Shown here piece by piece: positions 25,950 to 39,296 of a stretch of DNA of 64,000 bases. Made by a program: the position numbers and the translations under genes. The stretch is from Camelus ferus (Eukaryota). The notes under the pieces are model-generated. The model saw only the letters and a program-made list of their open reading frames with translations, was not told the DNA's origin and did no database searches. Each line of letters begins with the position of its first letter. The first letter of the stretch is position 1. The stretch spans positions 113,338,001 to 113,402,000 of the forward strand of contig NC_045697.1 of assembly GCF_009834535.1 (NCBI RefSeq), read 5' to 3'.

Positions 25950-26335
25950 CAGTGAGGTTCCCTATGAAGTCAGCTGTGAGACAGTGACTTATTCGGAGTC
26001 AGGGAATGCTCTCAGCAGGGATGCAGAGAGACCCAGCAGAGGAAATCACCATGGAAACGCTAGGTAATCCCACAGGGAGCTGAGGTAAGGGGACTTTTCA
26101 CAGTGATCCGAAAAATGGGCAGAAGGGCTGAGTCTTTATAGCCCTTCCTGTACCCGAGGACCAATCTGAGGGCTGCCCCCAGAAGGGGTGTAACCTTGGG
26201 CAAGGATGTTGCCTTTAGTGGAGGGCAGTCATCTGGAGTGGAGATGCTGTGACCAGACAGATGTCAGCCCTCCTAGAAACCAAGGAAAGAGTTCTTCCTT
26301 CTTGAAAGTGGGAGGTTCAGGTGGTGTAGCCCTAA
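25950..26335 (-). mobile_element. LTR16-like ERVL solo LTR
   Basis: aatcccacagggagct..agggctgagtctttata..gggctgccccagaaggggtgtaaccttgggcaagg resembles antisense LTR16. Confidence 0.65.
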
Positions 26336-26994
26336 GTGCGTGGGTTGAATGAGGAGACAGATGACCAAAGACCCCAGGTGGCCTTGGTTTTGTGAAGACA
26401 ACCCATGGGCATTGAGGTTGGGAGGTGAGGAATGCAAATATTTGTGTCAGCAGGCAACGTAATAAACAAGCTGGTGAGATGTTGTGTTTGTGCATGTGTA
26501 TACCTACAGTTGTCACGTGACAGCATCCAGTCTCTCCCTGACTAGCTGAATGAATGAGTAAATATGTTCATTAATTCATTAATTCTCCAAGCTACTCTGC
26601 TATGATCTCTGAGAACAGATTTGGGGGAATTTTTGCTCTAAGAGAGCCTTAAAATTCGAGATTGTTAAATGGTCTTAAAAGATCTTCATAACTTAACAAA
26701 ATTTCAAATTATAGGTAGTTAATCTCTTAATGAAAAGCTGATAGAAGTGTTCATTGAATAAAAAAAAGATGGAACCTCAGGTTTGGGATTTTAAGTTTAC
26801 TGAGTCCTTAAGGATAAAGTGGAGATTTGATTTCTTTAGTGAAAACAGAGTAAGAGGTAATTATGTCCTCTAAATATAAAAAGTGCTGTTTCTTTTTTCT
26901 TTTTCATTTTTTTCTGGAAGAAAGGGAAATTGAGAAGGGTGGAGTCTTCAGCCTCAACAGTGAAGTCAGGTTGTCAGAGGACTAACACTCTCAC

Positions 26995-27700
26995 CTCCCT
27001 CAAATTTTCTGTACTGACTTTGTATATTTTGGGGGTTTTATTTGGTAAAACTTTAAGCTCTCTTATTAATGTTTATAATTTAGTGGTTGATTCCTTTGGA
27101 TTTTATGTGTACAATAATCAAATTTTCAAATAATGACAACTTTATTTCTTTTCTATCCTTGTAATTAATCAATTAGTTATCTGTCTATCTATCTACCTAC
27201 CTATCACTGTACTGTTTAGGACCTTCAATGCCATGTAGGAAAGATTTGTTGATAAGAGGTATATCAGTCTGCCACAGCTGCCATAACAAAACACCACAGT
27301 GTAGGCGGCTTAAACTACACAGAGGTATTTTCTCAGCATTCTAGAGGCTAAAAGCCCTCATCAAGGTTTTAACAGGGTTGGCTTTTTCTAAGGCTTCTCT
27401 CCTTGGCTTGTAGAAGGCTGTCTTCTGGTATCTTCATGCGGTTTCCCTCTGCGTGTATCTGTGTCCTAATTGCCTCTTCTTAGAAGGACACCAGTCATAG
27501 TTGTTGGAGATGCACCCTAACAACCTCATTTTAACTTAATTACTTCCCTAAAGACCCTATCTTCAAACACCTTCTGGGGTCCTGGGGGTTAGGACTTCGG
27601 CATATGAATTTTGTGGAGACACAATTCAGTCTAGAACAACAGGTATTCTTGTTCCTGATTTTAAAACAATTGTTTTAATATGTTACTGTTACACAGGATA
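26995..27700 (-). mobile_element. old L1 ORF2 fragment interrupted by MLT1
   Basis: Antisense ORF2-like sequence (gattcctttggattttatgtgtacaataatc..taggaccttcaat). Confidence 0.7.
27260..27638 (-). mobile_element. MLT1 (MaLR) solo LTR
   Basis: gctgccataacaaaacaccacag..acacaattcagtctagaaca; 5-bp near-TSD agagg/acagg. Confidence 0.9.
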
Positions 27701-29054
27701 CATCATTTTCACTGGCATCAACTGAGTGGCAATAGGCTCTGGATCCTTTATGCCCCTCACCCCCACCCCCTACCCCAAACACACCGATTCAGCAATACTT
27801 CAAGGACAAATTCCCTTTGTGAGAAATCAGGAACTAAATGAAAGCCTTCTGCATCTTGGGAGATTGCAAAAGCAGACTCCCTGAAGCTGATGGGAAGATT
27901 TGGGATGTCTTCCTGCCAGAGACCCTGCACCCAACACACTGCCGTGTGATCAGGAAGAGGCCCCCACCCCCAGCTCCCAGCTTCCCCCCGGGGAGCGGAG
28001 GAGTTCGTCCAGTGCCCAATACACTTTTCTCCTCACTCAGAGGACTGGCTTCTGTCTTGCCTGTCTTGGAGCACTGATGGGTCTGGTACAGTCTAGCTGC
28101 CTGGGGGACAAAGGAGGCAGCAGCTTGGGCTGGTAGCTGCCTTAGCCCCCCCATGCTGCCTGAGTACAGAATGAGCAAACAGCGACCACAGCTGCCTGCT
28201 TCTCCCTGAGGAGGGATGGTAGAGGCCCCCAGCTCCTCTGGTCAGGCTTACTGCTGAGGGCCTCCTGTACAAAGCAAGTTGATGAAGACTGAAGTCCATG
28301 CCTGCTTTGTTAAATGCACAGACACTGACCCAGAGAGTCAAGGAAAATGAAGAATTCAGGCAAAGACGTCCAAACAAAAGAACAAGATAAATCTCCAGAA
28401 ACCAAATCTAATTAAGAGAAATTACATAATTTACCTAACAGAGAATTGAAAATAACTCTCAAAAATATACATAGAAAAATGCATGGATAATACAAGAATT
28501 TCAACAGAGATGAAAATATTTAAAAAGTACCGAACAGAAACCAGGGTACTGAAGCACAAAAAATTGAACGGGAAAAGTCACTGATTATTCTAAAATAAGT
28601 GTTAGAGCTATAAGTGAATTCAATAAAGTTGCAGGATGCAAAAATCAGCTGTGTTTCTATACACTGACAATGACCTGTCCGAAAAGGAAAACAATCCATG
28701 TACAATAGTATCAAAAAGAGTAAAATATCTGGGAATAAACTTACTAAGAAGGTGAAAGAACTGTATATGGAGAACTATAAAACAATAATTAAAAAATTAA
28801 ATAAGACACAAATGAATGGAAGGACATCCTGTGTTAACTGATTGGAAGAATTAATATTGTCAAAATGCTGGTACCACCCAAAGCAATCTACAGATTCAAT
28901 TCAATCTCTATCAAAATTTCAATGACATTTTTAATAGAAATAGCAAAAACGATTCTACAATTCATGTGGAGCCACAAAAGACTACAAAGAGCCAAAGCAA
29001 TTGTGAGAGAAGGAAACTGGAGGGAATCACACTTACTGATTTTAAAATACCCTG

Positions 29055-29839
29055 CAGGATCACCTCGGAGCTATTTCCTGCTCAGAGCTAGACCACTGTG
29101 GTAAAGCAAATATTCCAGTAACATGAGTCACACAAATGTTTTGGTTTCCCAGTGCATATAGAAGTTATGTTTACACTATGCTGTAGTCTATTAAATGTGC
29201 GATAGCCTTATATCTAACAATGCGTGTACTTTAATTAGAAAGTACTTTATGGCTTGTCCATTTCTTCTAGGTTGTCTGGTTTGTTTCCACATAGTTGCTC
29301 ATAATATTCTCCTAACGATATTTTGTATTTCTGTGGTATTGGTTGTAACTTCTCCATTTTCCTTCCTTATTTTGTTTATCTGTGTTCTCTCTGTTTTGTT
29401 CTTGGTGAGCCTGGCCAGAGGTTTGTCAATTTTGTTTACTCTTGACTAAGGAAAGGAAAGATGACTGAAAGAGATGGAAAGATATCCCATGCTCTTCAGT
29501 TGGAAGAATCAGTGTTGTTAAAGCGGCCATACTGCACAAGGCAATCTACAGATTTAATGCGGTCCGTATCAAGTTACTCAGGATATTTTTCACGGAACTA
29601 GAACAAAGTACTCTATGGCTAAAAAATGCTATCATCTGAGCCTTCAGTGAGTCATAATCCTTTTACTGGTGGAGGGTTTGAAATATTTCAAGAGTTACCA
29701 AAATATGAGCACACAAAGTGAGCAAACGCTATTGGAAAAATGACACCAATAGACTTTCTGGAAACAGGATTGTAATTTGTGAAAAAAACATATCTACAAA
29801 GTGCAGTAAAGCAAAGTGCAATAAAACAAAGTCTACCTG
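29055..29839. mobile_element. Tigger1-derived non-autonomous element (Tigger1a-like), nested in L1
   Basis: Ends cagg..cctg followed by TA; Tigger1 motifs ttttggtttcccagtgcatata and catctgagccttcagtgagtc. Confidence 0.85.
29255..29604. mobile_element. 5'-inverted, 3'-truncated L1 ORF2 insertion with 16-bp TSD
   Basis: TSD aaagtactttatggct (29239-29254) / aaagtactctatggct (29605-29620); antisense L1 at about 29255-29447, then sense ORF2 at about 29448-29604. Confidence 0.85.
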
Positions 29840-30009
29840 TACAAAGCTATAGTCATCATGAGAGTGTGGTACTGGCGTAAAGACAGGTGCATAGACCAGC
29901 GGAACAAAATAGAAAGCCCAGAAATCAATCCACATTTATATGGTCAACTGATTTTCAATGTGTACCAAGAACATACAACGGGGGAAAGACAGTCTCTTCA
30001 ACAATTGGT

Positions 30010-30840
30010 GCAGGGATCGCTAACCTCCTTCCCAAAGGCAACCACTATCCTTACTTCTAACATTTTGTGTTCGCTTTACTATAATTGCATCTTGTGATAT
30101 ATATGCTTTGATGTCCTCCTTCTTCGACTGAACATTTATGCTGTTGACTTTCATCATCCATGCTGTTGCATGGAACAGTATTTCTCTCATTTTCACTTCT
30201 GTACTGTATTTAATTGTATAAATAGATGACCATTTATTTCTTCTGCTGCAGATAGACTCCTATAAATAACACAGTCATAAACATTCTTGCACACAGGTTT
30301 TGCTGTGTATGTGAAGACATTTCTGTCAGGTATGGTCTATACATATGTTCAGATGTAGTAGTTAATGTCAGCATTTCCAAAGGGTCTTTACTGCTTTATG
30401 TAACCCTGACCATGGATGTATGAAATTTCAACTTTTTATATATCCTTGCTAAAATGTGCATATTTATTAAAAAATTAGCTATTCTGGGTGTGTGCAGTGG
30501 CATCTCAGTGAAATCTTAAGTTTATTTCCCTTGATTCCTAACGAGTTTGCTCTCTTTTTATTGATTGTCTATTTAGATATCCTCTTTCAGTCAGTGGCTG
30601 ATCAAGTCTCTTGCCAAGTTAAAAAAAAATATGATTAGTAGCCTTTTCCTAATTTTTGATAGTTCCTAAGATATTCTGGGTATGATCCCTTTAACTGGTA
30701 TGTGTTACCAGTATCTTTCCTGCTCTATGACTTGTGTTTTAACTTGCTTAATGGTGCCTTTTAATGAACTGAAGTTATTAATTTTGCTATAGTACAGTCA
30801 GCCTGTCTTTTTCCTTATGGTTAATGGCTTTCAGCTTTAA
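30010..30840 (-). mobile_element. old L1 (L1ME-like) 3' region
   Basis: Antisense L1 motifs (catccatgctgttgcatgg..aacattcttgcaca..gtggcatctcagtg). Confidence 0.75.
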
Positions 30841-31554
30841 GTCGGTGTCCAGTTATCTGTAAAAGTGGGTTTCTTTCACTTTCCTCAATGCACAGTCACC
30901 CTGGAAATGGCGACAAGTTCTTTTTGGAGGGGCTAGGAAGAAGATTCAGAGCATCAATTCTAAGCAGGGAAAGAGGGTCATCCCTCAAGGGAAACTTGAC
31001 TCATTTTGATGGCTCCTGGGTCTGTCCACTGGCCAAGGTCCTGACCTGCCTGAGGGGCTGCAGCTCTCTGTGTGCTGACTCACGGTTAGTCTTACATTCA
31101 CCAGGTCTAGATCTTCTTTGCAGGAGAGGCAAGTAACACTTGCTGGGCCCCGTCTGTTTCAGTTTTAGGTACTCCGTGACCAGTCAGCTCATGCCAAGGA
31201 TTCCTCTGGATCCACCTCTTCTAACTGCTGCTTTGACTCTGTTACCCTTTATGGTAAAGTAGCCACTTTGTTCCTGGATCCTGCTCCTGGGACCCCATCA
31301 TGAACATGAAATTCAAGGAGCCCCCAGGGGGTTTTGGCAGGGCAGCAAGTTATACGGTCGGTCACTGAGGGTCTGCAGAGAGCGGTCAGCTCAGCCAGTG
31401 CTCCCTTCACAGGTGCGGTCCTCACAGCCTGTGTCCATGACCCCAGGGAGATGCGGAGGATGGGTACCTGATTAGTTTACTCCAGAGTTCCAGTCTTCTC
31501 AGCCTTTACAATCTTCCTATATAACATCAGCTCTCAACATGTTCCATCTCAGTC

Positions 31555-32445
31555 TCCCTTTCAGTTCTTAAAATCCATGGAGGAACTCAAAGATCTTTAC
31601 TTATGTGGGCTTATGGATTACCAAAATTAGAACTAACATTGTTAAATTTTAAAAATGTTTGTCAATAATTCATTTAAAATAACAATAATAAACTCATCAC
31701 ATATTGGGGTGGGATGTATGAAGGAACTGACCCACATAGGTATTTAGCTGGAAAAGGAAGGGATATTTTAATAGCTTTTTCAGATAACTATAGATACTAT
31801 TCTTTGATATAGCACCAAACTGTCCCATAGTAGTTTCTTAAAGGTTAATGTCACTGTGACAATAAAACCATATAAATAACACTTTATATTCTGCAATATT
31901 AAAATCCATTGTTCTGCCTTGCACTTTAAATGTACCCTTTATCCATGCATGATTTTGTAGCATCATACATCGATTCTCTGAGTTATTCAGATTTTCCGAA
32001 TATTGACAAATTCCATTATATGATATTAAAACTTAATTTTTATAGCATCACTACCAATCTGAAGTCCTTTATGCATGCTTCTCTTTTCATTATACAAAAT
32101 ATTAAAAATGCATGTACTCAGGAGTAGAATTCTCTAAAGCTAATAGCTGTTATGGCTACATCAAAGACATTCTTAATTGATACTGGCACTTTTTTATTAC
32201 AAGGTCATGGTGGTAGAGAATACGATGACTTGTTAGTGCCACTGAGTGCCATTGCTGTGATTCATGGTAAGATGTAAGCAGTTTTATAAACATTTATTTT
32301 TACATCATCAGTATAAATGTCAAGAAAGTGAAAGAAGTAAATAATATATTAAATGATTATGAAATCGGTTTGGATCCTGTGAGCCTCATATGAAGTTCTG
32401 AGGGACTCCCAGGCATCTGTGAATGACACAGAGGACTTTCGCTCT
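31555..32445. mobile_element. Charlie1a/b-like hAT transposon
   Basis: Charlie1 motifs ttttaatagctttttcagataact..ttctttgatatagcaccaaact and atccatgcatgattttgtagcatcat. Confidence 0.85.
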
Positions 32446-32640
32446 ACAGTATACCAAGAAAGTTCTAACATTTTAGCTGTATTTAGTGTAGGTCAGCGCT
32501 GGGTCTAAGTGTCTGTCAATCAACACAGGAAAATGTTACAGCCACTTGTTTTGACCCATTTAATTGGGAGTTCCTCCTTCCTGAGCCCATATTAACATCT
32601 GAGCTTGGTCCAGCATTACATTTGGTTCCCCAGATGCAGC

Positions 32641-33168
32641 TGAGACAGGAGGGAAGGAGGCAGGGCGAAAAAATTAAGAGAATGACAGCAATCAGCACCA
32701 AGATGGCCGAAGATTCGACTCCCAGTAGACCTTGAGCTTCAATACACACTCACTGTAATACGTTAGCATGGTGAATGGCGCTCCCACAGGTGCCGTGATA
32801 GTTCCAAGGCTGACCATAGAAGGTCAAAAAGTGGGTAACGGCCCAATTCCTGGGAATCCCAGTCTTCTCCCCAGAAGTAGTTGGAATAATCCTCCCACTT
32901 GTTAGCATATGAATTTACCGAATCCATAAAAACTAACCACCCCACACCTTGTGGCTGCTCTCCCTTCTGAGTAAGACAGCTTATAATCTGTCTCTGGAGT
33001 ATTTATCTCCTTGAGTAAATCTACCTTCACTTTGCTATGGCTCGCTCTTGAATTCCTTCCTGTGCGAAGCCAAGGACCCTCAGTTGGTGGGACTGCAACA
33101 CAGGGACTCACCGGAGACCTGGGACATGGCCATCTTCTTGCATCTCATTTTCCTGTTTCCCAGCAACA
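32641..33168 (+). mobile_element. MER41-like ERV1 solo LTR
   Basis: tgagacagg..cagcaaca termini; MER41-like core (ataatcctcccacttgttagcatat..ctcgctcttgaattccttcctgtgcgaagccaagga); no clean TSD found. Confidence 0.75.
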
Positions 33169-34143
33169 CTAACTTCATCCTCCTGCATGCTCCCGAGATG
33201 TCAACTGGCATAAAATGGCAAACTTCTGTCATTTCTGTGCTATATTTTGTAACTCCTCAGTGTCTATACTTTCACCATTCTCTCTGGTGCCTTCCCAGAC
33301 TTGACTGGTTGTAGATCTAAAAACAATGAAAGTGGGAAGAAAAGGGTTAGGTAAGTAAGCCTTTGTAAGGCAGCTCGCTACCTGAGACTAGGGGACTGTA
33401 GCAGTGTTTTCTGGCAAGGGGAAGCTAATCTCAGCAAAGGATGTGTTTCTTTCATTGTCAAACAATGTAGCAGAATTCAGATTTTCAAGGGTTCCTAGCT
33501 TAGTGGTAATTCTTCTTGAACCTTCCCTTTTATTTGGGATCCAAATCCTTCCCAATCAATGCTGTCACTTTAGCAGAAAAGACTCTATGAGCTTGGGAAA
33601 TTCAATTTGCATTATAGTTCAATCACCTGTAGGTTTAGTTTGGGGGACCGGGTTTCAAAACTCTCACCCTTCTGCAACAGGAAATTAGAGGGGTTATTGT
33701 TTGTTTGGTTTGGTTTGGTTTGTTTGTTTGTTTTAGAATCATGATAAGAAGTGTCAAGTCCCTTAGACCTTGAGCTTGGAATTTAAAGGATCAAGTTTTT
33801 AGATCCCTAACTCCAACCTATCTTCTCCAGTCCCCTTAGAAGCAAACTACCCACCCTACTGAACTCCTTACTTTTTCTAAAATCTTCCATGATAGCAACT
33901 GTTGGTCAGCTAAGCCCTGCTATCTGTAGATACTGACAATAGAGGTTTCTGAAGGTGCAAATTTAAGTAACTATTTTCTACTGCATACCATGGACTACCA
34001 GCCTCCTTACCCCTGACAAAAGGGTCATTAAGGTCTTTAAATTTGATCAGACCAGAGAACCAATTCCAGAAAACTCAGAACCAATTCAGAGAACCCATCT
34101 GTAAGGCTATTTCCCTGAAATCTCTTTTGTTCCCATTGTTTTT

Positions 34144-34645
34144 GTATCAGTTAAGAGTCATTCAGAGACACAGAACCACTGTGAGTGACCTAGAATAAGG
34201 GACTTGCATGCATTCGACCTTGTGTAATTGTGAGATCTTCTAATAAAGATCTAGAAGATTGTTGTCTCCGAGTCTCTGGGAGTCTGAAGTTACTCCGAGT
34301 CAGCGTGGCCAACGATTAGGAAGAGAGGATGTGAAGAGGGAAGTGCGAGGATGCGCTGGAATCAGTGAGGACCAGCTGGAAACCATGTCTGCCTCTCACC
34401 ACCTCCAATCTCAAGGCTGTAGCAAGCTATAGAAGGAGGTGGTGGTTTTCTGCCCTAGGGCTGAGTGAACCTGGTCCTGGAGTCCCAGACCAGGTCCAGC
34501 GTGCAAGGGCCGTGGCTTCCACTCTGTCTTACCAAGCTCGTGCGAAGTCCTTCTTGTGGCCAGTCTCCCCGGAACTGTGCAGAGAAGGGTGTCTAGTTCC
34601 TCCTAGCTACATGACCCTGTATGAAGCCACCACAGACCTTGTTTA
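34144..34645 (-). mobile_element. old ERVL-type LTR (family unresolved)
   Basis: Starts tgtatcagtt..cagagacacagaacca and ends ..gccaccaca, typical of antisense ERVL LTRs. Confidence 0.55.
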
Positions 34646-34699
34646 TACCTTCATAATTTAAAATCTTGAACCTTGTCACTAAAAATAAATTCTTAATTT

Positions 34700-36900
34700 T
34701 TAAAAATATATGGCACGACATTCATTAAATTATTGTTATTGATCAAAATTGAATCTTGCTCACATTTCCCATTCCCCTGGTCTTGCTACTAGTTTCTTGT
34801 TTCGTGTTCCACAATTAGTCTTTAGCAAGAGAAATAAGCATCTACTGATTTTCTTTCTTTGGCTTCGTGTGTTTTGCTACCCTGGAATTCTTGCAGTCAG
34901 ATTTTAGTTCCTCAAATAGTTACTTTTATTCTATAGCTTTACGAAATAATTTTAGTTCTTACATCATTGGTGATAACTTATTGATTACTATGAATGATGA
35001 TAAAAGATAGTGGAGTTTGATATCTTTATACCTGTTTCCTCCTCTGATTTTACCTGATTTTATAGTAATAATATTATTTCTTTTTGTATTCAATCTTTTA
35101 ACAATTTATTTATTTATTTATTTTTACATTAAATTTTTTTTTGGGGGGGGAGGTAATTAGGTTTACTTATTTGTTTTATTTTCAGAAGAGTTGTTGGGGA
35201 TGGAGCCCAGGACCTTGTGTATGCTAAGCATACACGCTACCACTAAGCTATATGCCTCCCCTCCTTGTATTTAATCTTTATGAGTGTGTCTCTATGACTT
35301 GATTTATCAGCTTTAAACTATAATTTTTTGGTCTCAAGTTATAAAAAGATGAAGCCAGCTGCAAACTCATCCTTCTCTATGTGTTCTCTGTACTTTGCAA
35401 TCTCAACTTTTATCAGCTACAGTACTATGTCTCTTGTGCCACAGTTTATAAAACTGAAGTGTCTTGGATGTCTCTTTGTCTCAAAAAGTAATGTAATTTT
35501 ATATTCTATTCAATATTATCTGCCTTTGTTTTAATATAAAAATATTTTGCATTATCTACTTTTTTCTCCCCAAAATCTTCAAGTAAAGATGATGTAGGAA
35601 AATGTGAAAGAAAAAAGTCCTCCTCTGTAATGTAATTTCCCTAATTGTTTAGATCTACGTCCTGTATTTAAATGCATTCATTGTTCCATATTAGCAGTTT
35701 TTAACCTTAGTGTTTCTGGTCATTTCTTTCTCATTTTAAGTTTTCTCTCTAATACATTTTTCAAAAAGAGAGCATGTGAATCAGATTTCCTGAGTTTTAT
35801 ATATTAAAAATCTTTTTTTTTTTTTTTTTCCCTGTGGTCTTGAAACTGGTAAGACAGCTTGGCCCAGTAAATTTTTCTTATAATTTACCAGGTAATGATT
35901 TTCCCTGTGAAGATGTGTTTTCTGGGCTCTCCCCCGGAAATGGATGCTGCTGTGAGAAGTGAGAGCCCTTTCTGAGTTTTGGGTGGGAAACAGTGCCTTT
36001 TTTTTCATAGATGTTCAAAAGTTCTTTCTTTTCTTGGAAACCCAGGAACTTTTCTAGTACCTGTACTGGAGCTAAAAATTCTGTATTGATGTTTTCTGAC
36101 CCATCATGTACCCTTTTAGTCTATAATTTCTTATAATCTATAATTTCAAGGGCATTTTTGTTTTGAGAAAGTTTTCCTGGATTAAAATTTTATGGACTTC
36201 TTTTCTGTCCCTGTATATTTTATTTTCCCCTCTACATTTTCCATAAACTCCACATGCTGTTGCTCATTTCCTTTGGTTGTGTTCTCAATTCTTCATCAAA
36301 TTTTGCATCTTTCTTGATCTCTTACCTTTTAGCTGCAATATTTTCATTACTATTTTTGAGTTATTAGAAATGCTTTTACTCAATATTTTCATTTGTTTAA
36401 AGACAACATTCTTCTGTTTATTTTCACCCCTCATCTTTATTCCTTTTTTTATATGCATATTTTATAAATCTTATACCATTAAGAAGATTGCATTCAAACA
36501 GGAGCTTCGTTCCTGGACCAGTGGTTTATTGGAGGATAATCAGTAGAAAGCCAGAGCTGTTGTCTGGACTCAGAAAGCTTCCCTGCCTCCCTGGGAAGCC
36601 CTCCAGCTGTTCAACTGAGGAAAATTAGATGCTTCAAAGCTCCTGATCTTTCACACGTCTCTGCAGCGCAGCACATTTGCAGAGATGGTTTTCTGTCTGT
36701 TTCCAAATTTAGCTGTTGCTTCTGCCACATGGTGACGTCAGAAAGATTAAAGGAAGACACCGAGGATGGCATCTCTAAATAGTCCCTGTGTCTCATTTCT
36801 GTAGTTCCCAGTAAGGAGTCACTGACGGTGTGCCCCGGGGCAGGCCGTGACTTTGGGGAATCCTGTGCCCTGTCTGATGTTTCAGCTGTTGGAATCCTTT
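34700..36900 (-). mobile_element. ancient L1/HAL1-like fragments
   Basis: T-rich antisense ORF1-like sequence (tgctgctgtgagaagt.., ttttcttggaaacccaggaac). Confidence 0.55.
35099..35264 (-). mobile_element. camelid tRNA-derived SINE (Vic-1-like)
   Basis: ggggggaggtaattaggttt..ggggatggagcccaggacc..gctaagc..taccactaagctata; 15-bp TSD ttgtattcaatcttt (35084-35098) / ttgtatttaatcttt (35265-35279). Confidence 0.9.
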
Positions 36901-36913
36901 GCATGTGTTCTCT

Positions 36914-37342
36914 TGTAATAGGGAAGAGCTTTTGAATTCTATTGCAAATTAATCACTACAGAGATGTTGCCTATAGTTTAAATTATACCTAATGGCCCAT
37001 CCCTGGGAACCCTACCTCCAGGTAATGAACATTAAGCTTAAATACCTTTGTTGAGCGCACAGGAAACGTCCTGACCAGGCTCACCAGTGAATGCCTGCAG
37101 GAAGGAAGAAATTAACACCTTCCCTCCAGAGTCGGGCCAGAACCAGGACTTTACTCCCTCCACTTTTAGTATAAAAGGGGCCTGAATTCTAACTCAGAGA
37201 AGATGGTTCTTTAGGACATTAGTCCACCATCTCCTTGGTCTGCTGGCTTTCTGAACAAAGTCGTTATTCCTTGCCCCAATACCTCGTCTCCCGATTTATT
37301 GGCCTGTCTTGTGGTGAGCAGTGTGAGCTCGAACTCTTAACA
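36914..37342 (+). mobile_element. ERV1-type solo LTR, family A (internal deletion)
   Basis: tgtaatagggaaga..cttaaca; closely similar to 6524-7009. Confidence 0.9.
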
Positions 37343-38556
37343 ATTTCACTGTGGTCAGAACTTCCATGTCCACAGGTTTATCCTCATTGCATCAAAGATG
37401 GTGTTTCTTTTTCTATTTCATGTTCTCCCTGTTGTCTTGGGATGCAACTTAGAAAGGAAAGGAGGGTGAGATATCTTTCCTACTTCACTATCTTCTGGCT
37501 TAACCTTTTCTAAAAAATCTGTAGAAAATTCTGATGCTTCTTCAAACATCTTCACAATTTCAAAAAAGAACCCACACAGTTCTACAGAAAACAAAAAAAG
37601 ACGGGTTTTACACAGGGCCGGCTCATCCACATTGTGAGCTCAAGGGAAAGAAAGTTTTTATTTTTCCTTATATAAGTTTATGTTTACCAGATGAAGAGGG
37701 AAAAGCAATACAAGATTTCCACCAGGAGAGCAGCAAGCAGGCACTAGTCCAGGATTTTCCCTAGATCTCAGCCTGTCTGTCTCTGATGAAGTTCTATGTT
37801 ATTTATTTTAATTTCCTTGTCTGAGTACATTTTTTGTGGTAAGAAACTATTTGTAAGGTTTCTGAAAGTCTTGTCCCTTACTGGGCTAACAGTGAGCCAA
37901 AGATAGCCAGAAGTCCTGACAGCATCCTGGAAAAAAGGGTGAACCTCCTCTTCCCTTTCTCCTCCATTTAAAATGCTGTGCTGAGTGACAGTGAAGAGAT
38001 ATTAGGGGGCAGCAGAGTCCCCAGAACTGGCGAGGTCCTTGAAAGTTTCGGGGAACTTGACTGCAAAGGGGTTTGAGCTGTGCTCAGAATTCCAGTGATG
38101 CAGCGGGGCACTGAGAGGTTGGCTGGACTGGCACTGGGGCAGAGCTGTGGTTCTTAGGTCCCTGGTAAGAAAAAGTGTAGAAATCCTTTGACTTAAGGAG
38201 CCTTGTGGATCAGACATGAAGATGCGCTTCCTGGCAGATGCCTGCCTGTTCCGACACTGAAATGTGGATGTGCACACTCTGATTCCCGGGTTTTGTAAGA
38301 TCCCCAGAACTTAGAATCCTGAAGAAGAGGAGGGAAACTACAAATGGAATGAAATTACTTCCTACTATTCTAGTAGAATGGGATGTCAAGGGGAATTAAT
38401 CTGAAGATACAGTAAAGTGAATAATTCTTTATTTCTGGCATATCTGGTTTTGTGGACAGATAGCCATTTTTGATCTAGATAGATCCTTTGGCCACGCAAT
38501 ATATGTGGGTGGAATTGTTAACAGGTGGCATTAAGCATCATCTGTTAATTGATATA

Positions 38557-39101
38557 TATTGCCCCAAAAAGATAAAGACTCCAATTCTTGTCATACACCC
38601 AAAAGATAAGTTCATAGTCGGGAGACAGTGCATTGTGTAGTGAAAGATTATAAAAGATTTATTTAGAAAAGGAAGGTACACCTCCAAGAACTGGAGGTGG
38701 GCTGATCCAAGGAAGAAAAAGTAGTGGCCTTTGTCTCCCCTTTCCCTTATATCCTTGCTTAATGGTGGTCTTTTGATTGACAGCTCTTGCTCCTGGAATG
38801 CTTTGTCGCGTTTAGCCCCTTTTGTGCATGTCCTTACCCATGATGCACACAGAAACACCCATGGAGGGATGCTAAACTGCAATGTTAGTTATAATACAAT
38901 GAGCAGTGGGTCATGTCCAGTTAGGTCCTTGTCACTATCATGTGGTTGTGCCTGTCAGGTTCTAACTGGTTTCTTGCTGGCATTTATTTAGAGGAAGTAA
39001 AGCCCCTTTATGCTGGAGGCAGGCACACCACCATCTTCTGGACCCTCCCCTTCTCCTCTACCTTATCTGTCTGGTACCCCCACTTACCTAACTACCTAAC
39101 A
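38557..39101 (-). mobile_element. ERV1-type solo LTR, family B
   Basis: Homologous to 22659-23178; intact minus-strand AATAAA (plus tttatt about 38658-38663) and TATAA (plus ttata about 38747). Confidence 0.92.
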
Positions 39102-39296
39102 CATCCATTTTTCATTTTAGTCTTTGCTGTGCATGAGATAAATCTTTTAGATCCTCCACATGTATTAATTTGAACATACAATTTTATTTAAGAGCAAGAA
39201 ACGAGTTTGGACCCTGAATTCCCCTCTTCCATATAATTAAAAGACTTAATAGTGTATCTTTTAAACTGAGATAGCTCCAAAGGGGAACCGACTTAA

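Larger units (their letters stand above)
27740..30010 (+). mobile_element. internally deleted L1 (5' region, ORF1 start, ORF2 fragments)
   Basis: ORF1-like sequence at 28370-28580. ORF2 peptides [14 protein letters not shown] (28865-29104) and [31 protein letters not shown] (29858-30097). Confidence 0.85.

Noticed and set aside
35143..35264. tRNA gene
   Set aside because: The tRNA-like boxes belong to a SINE with an A-rich tail and TSD.
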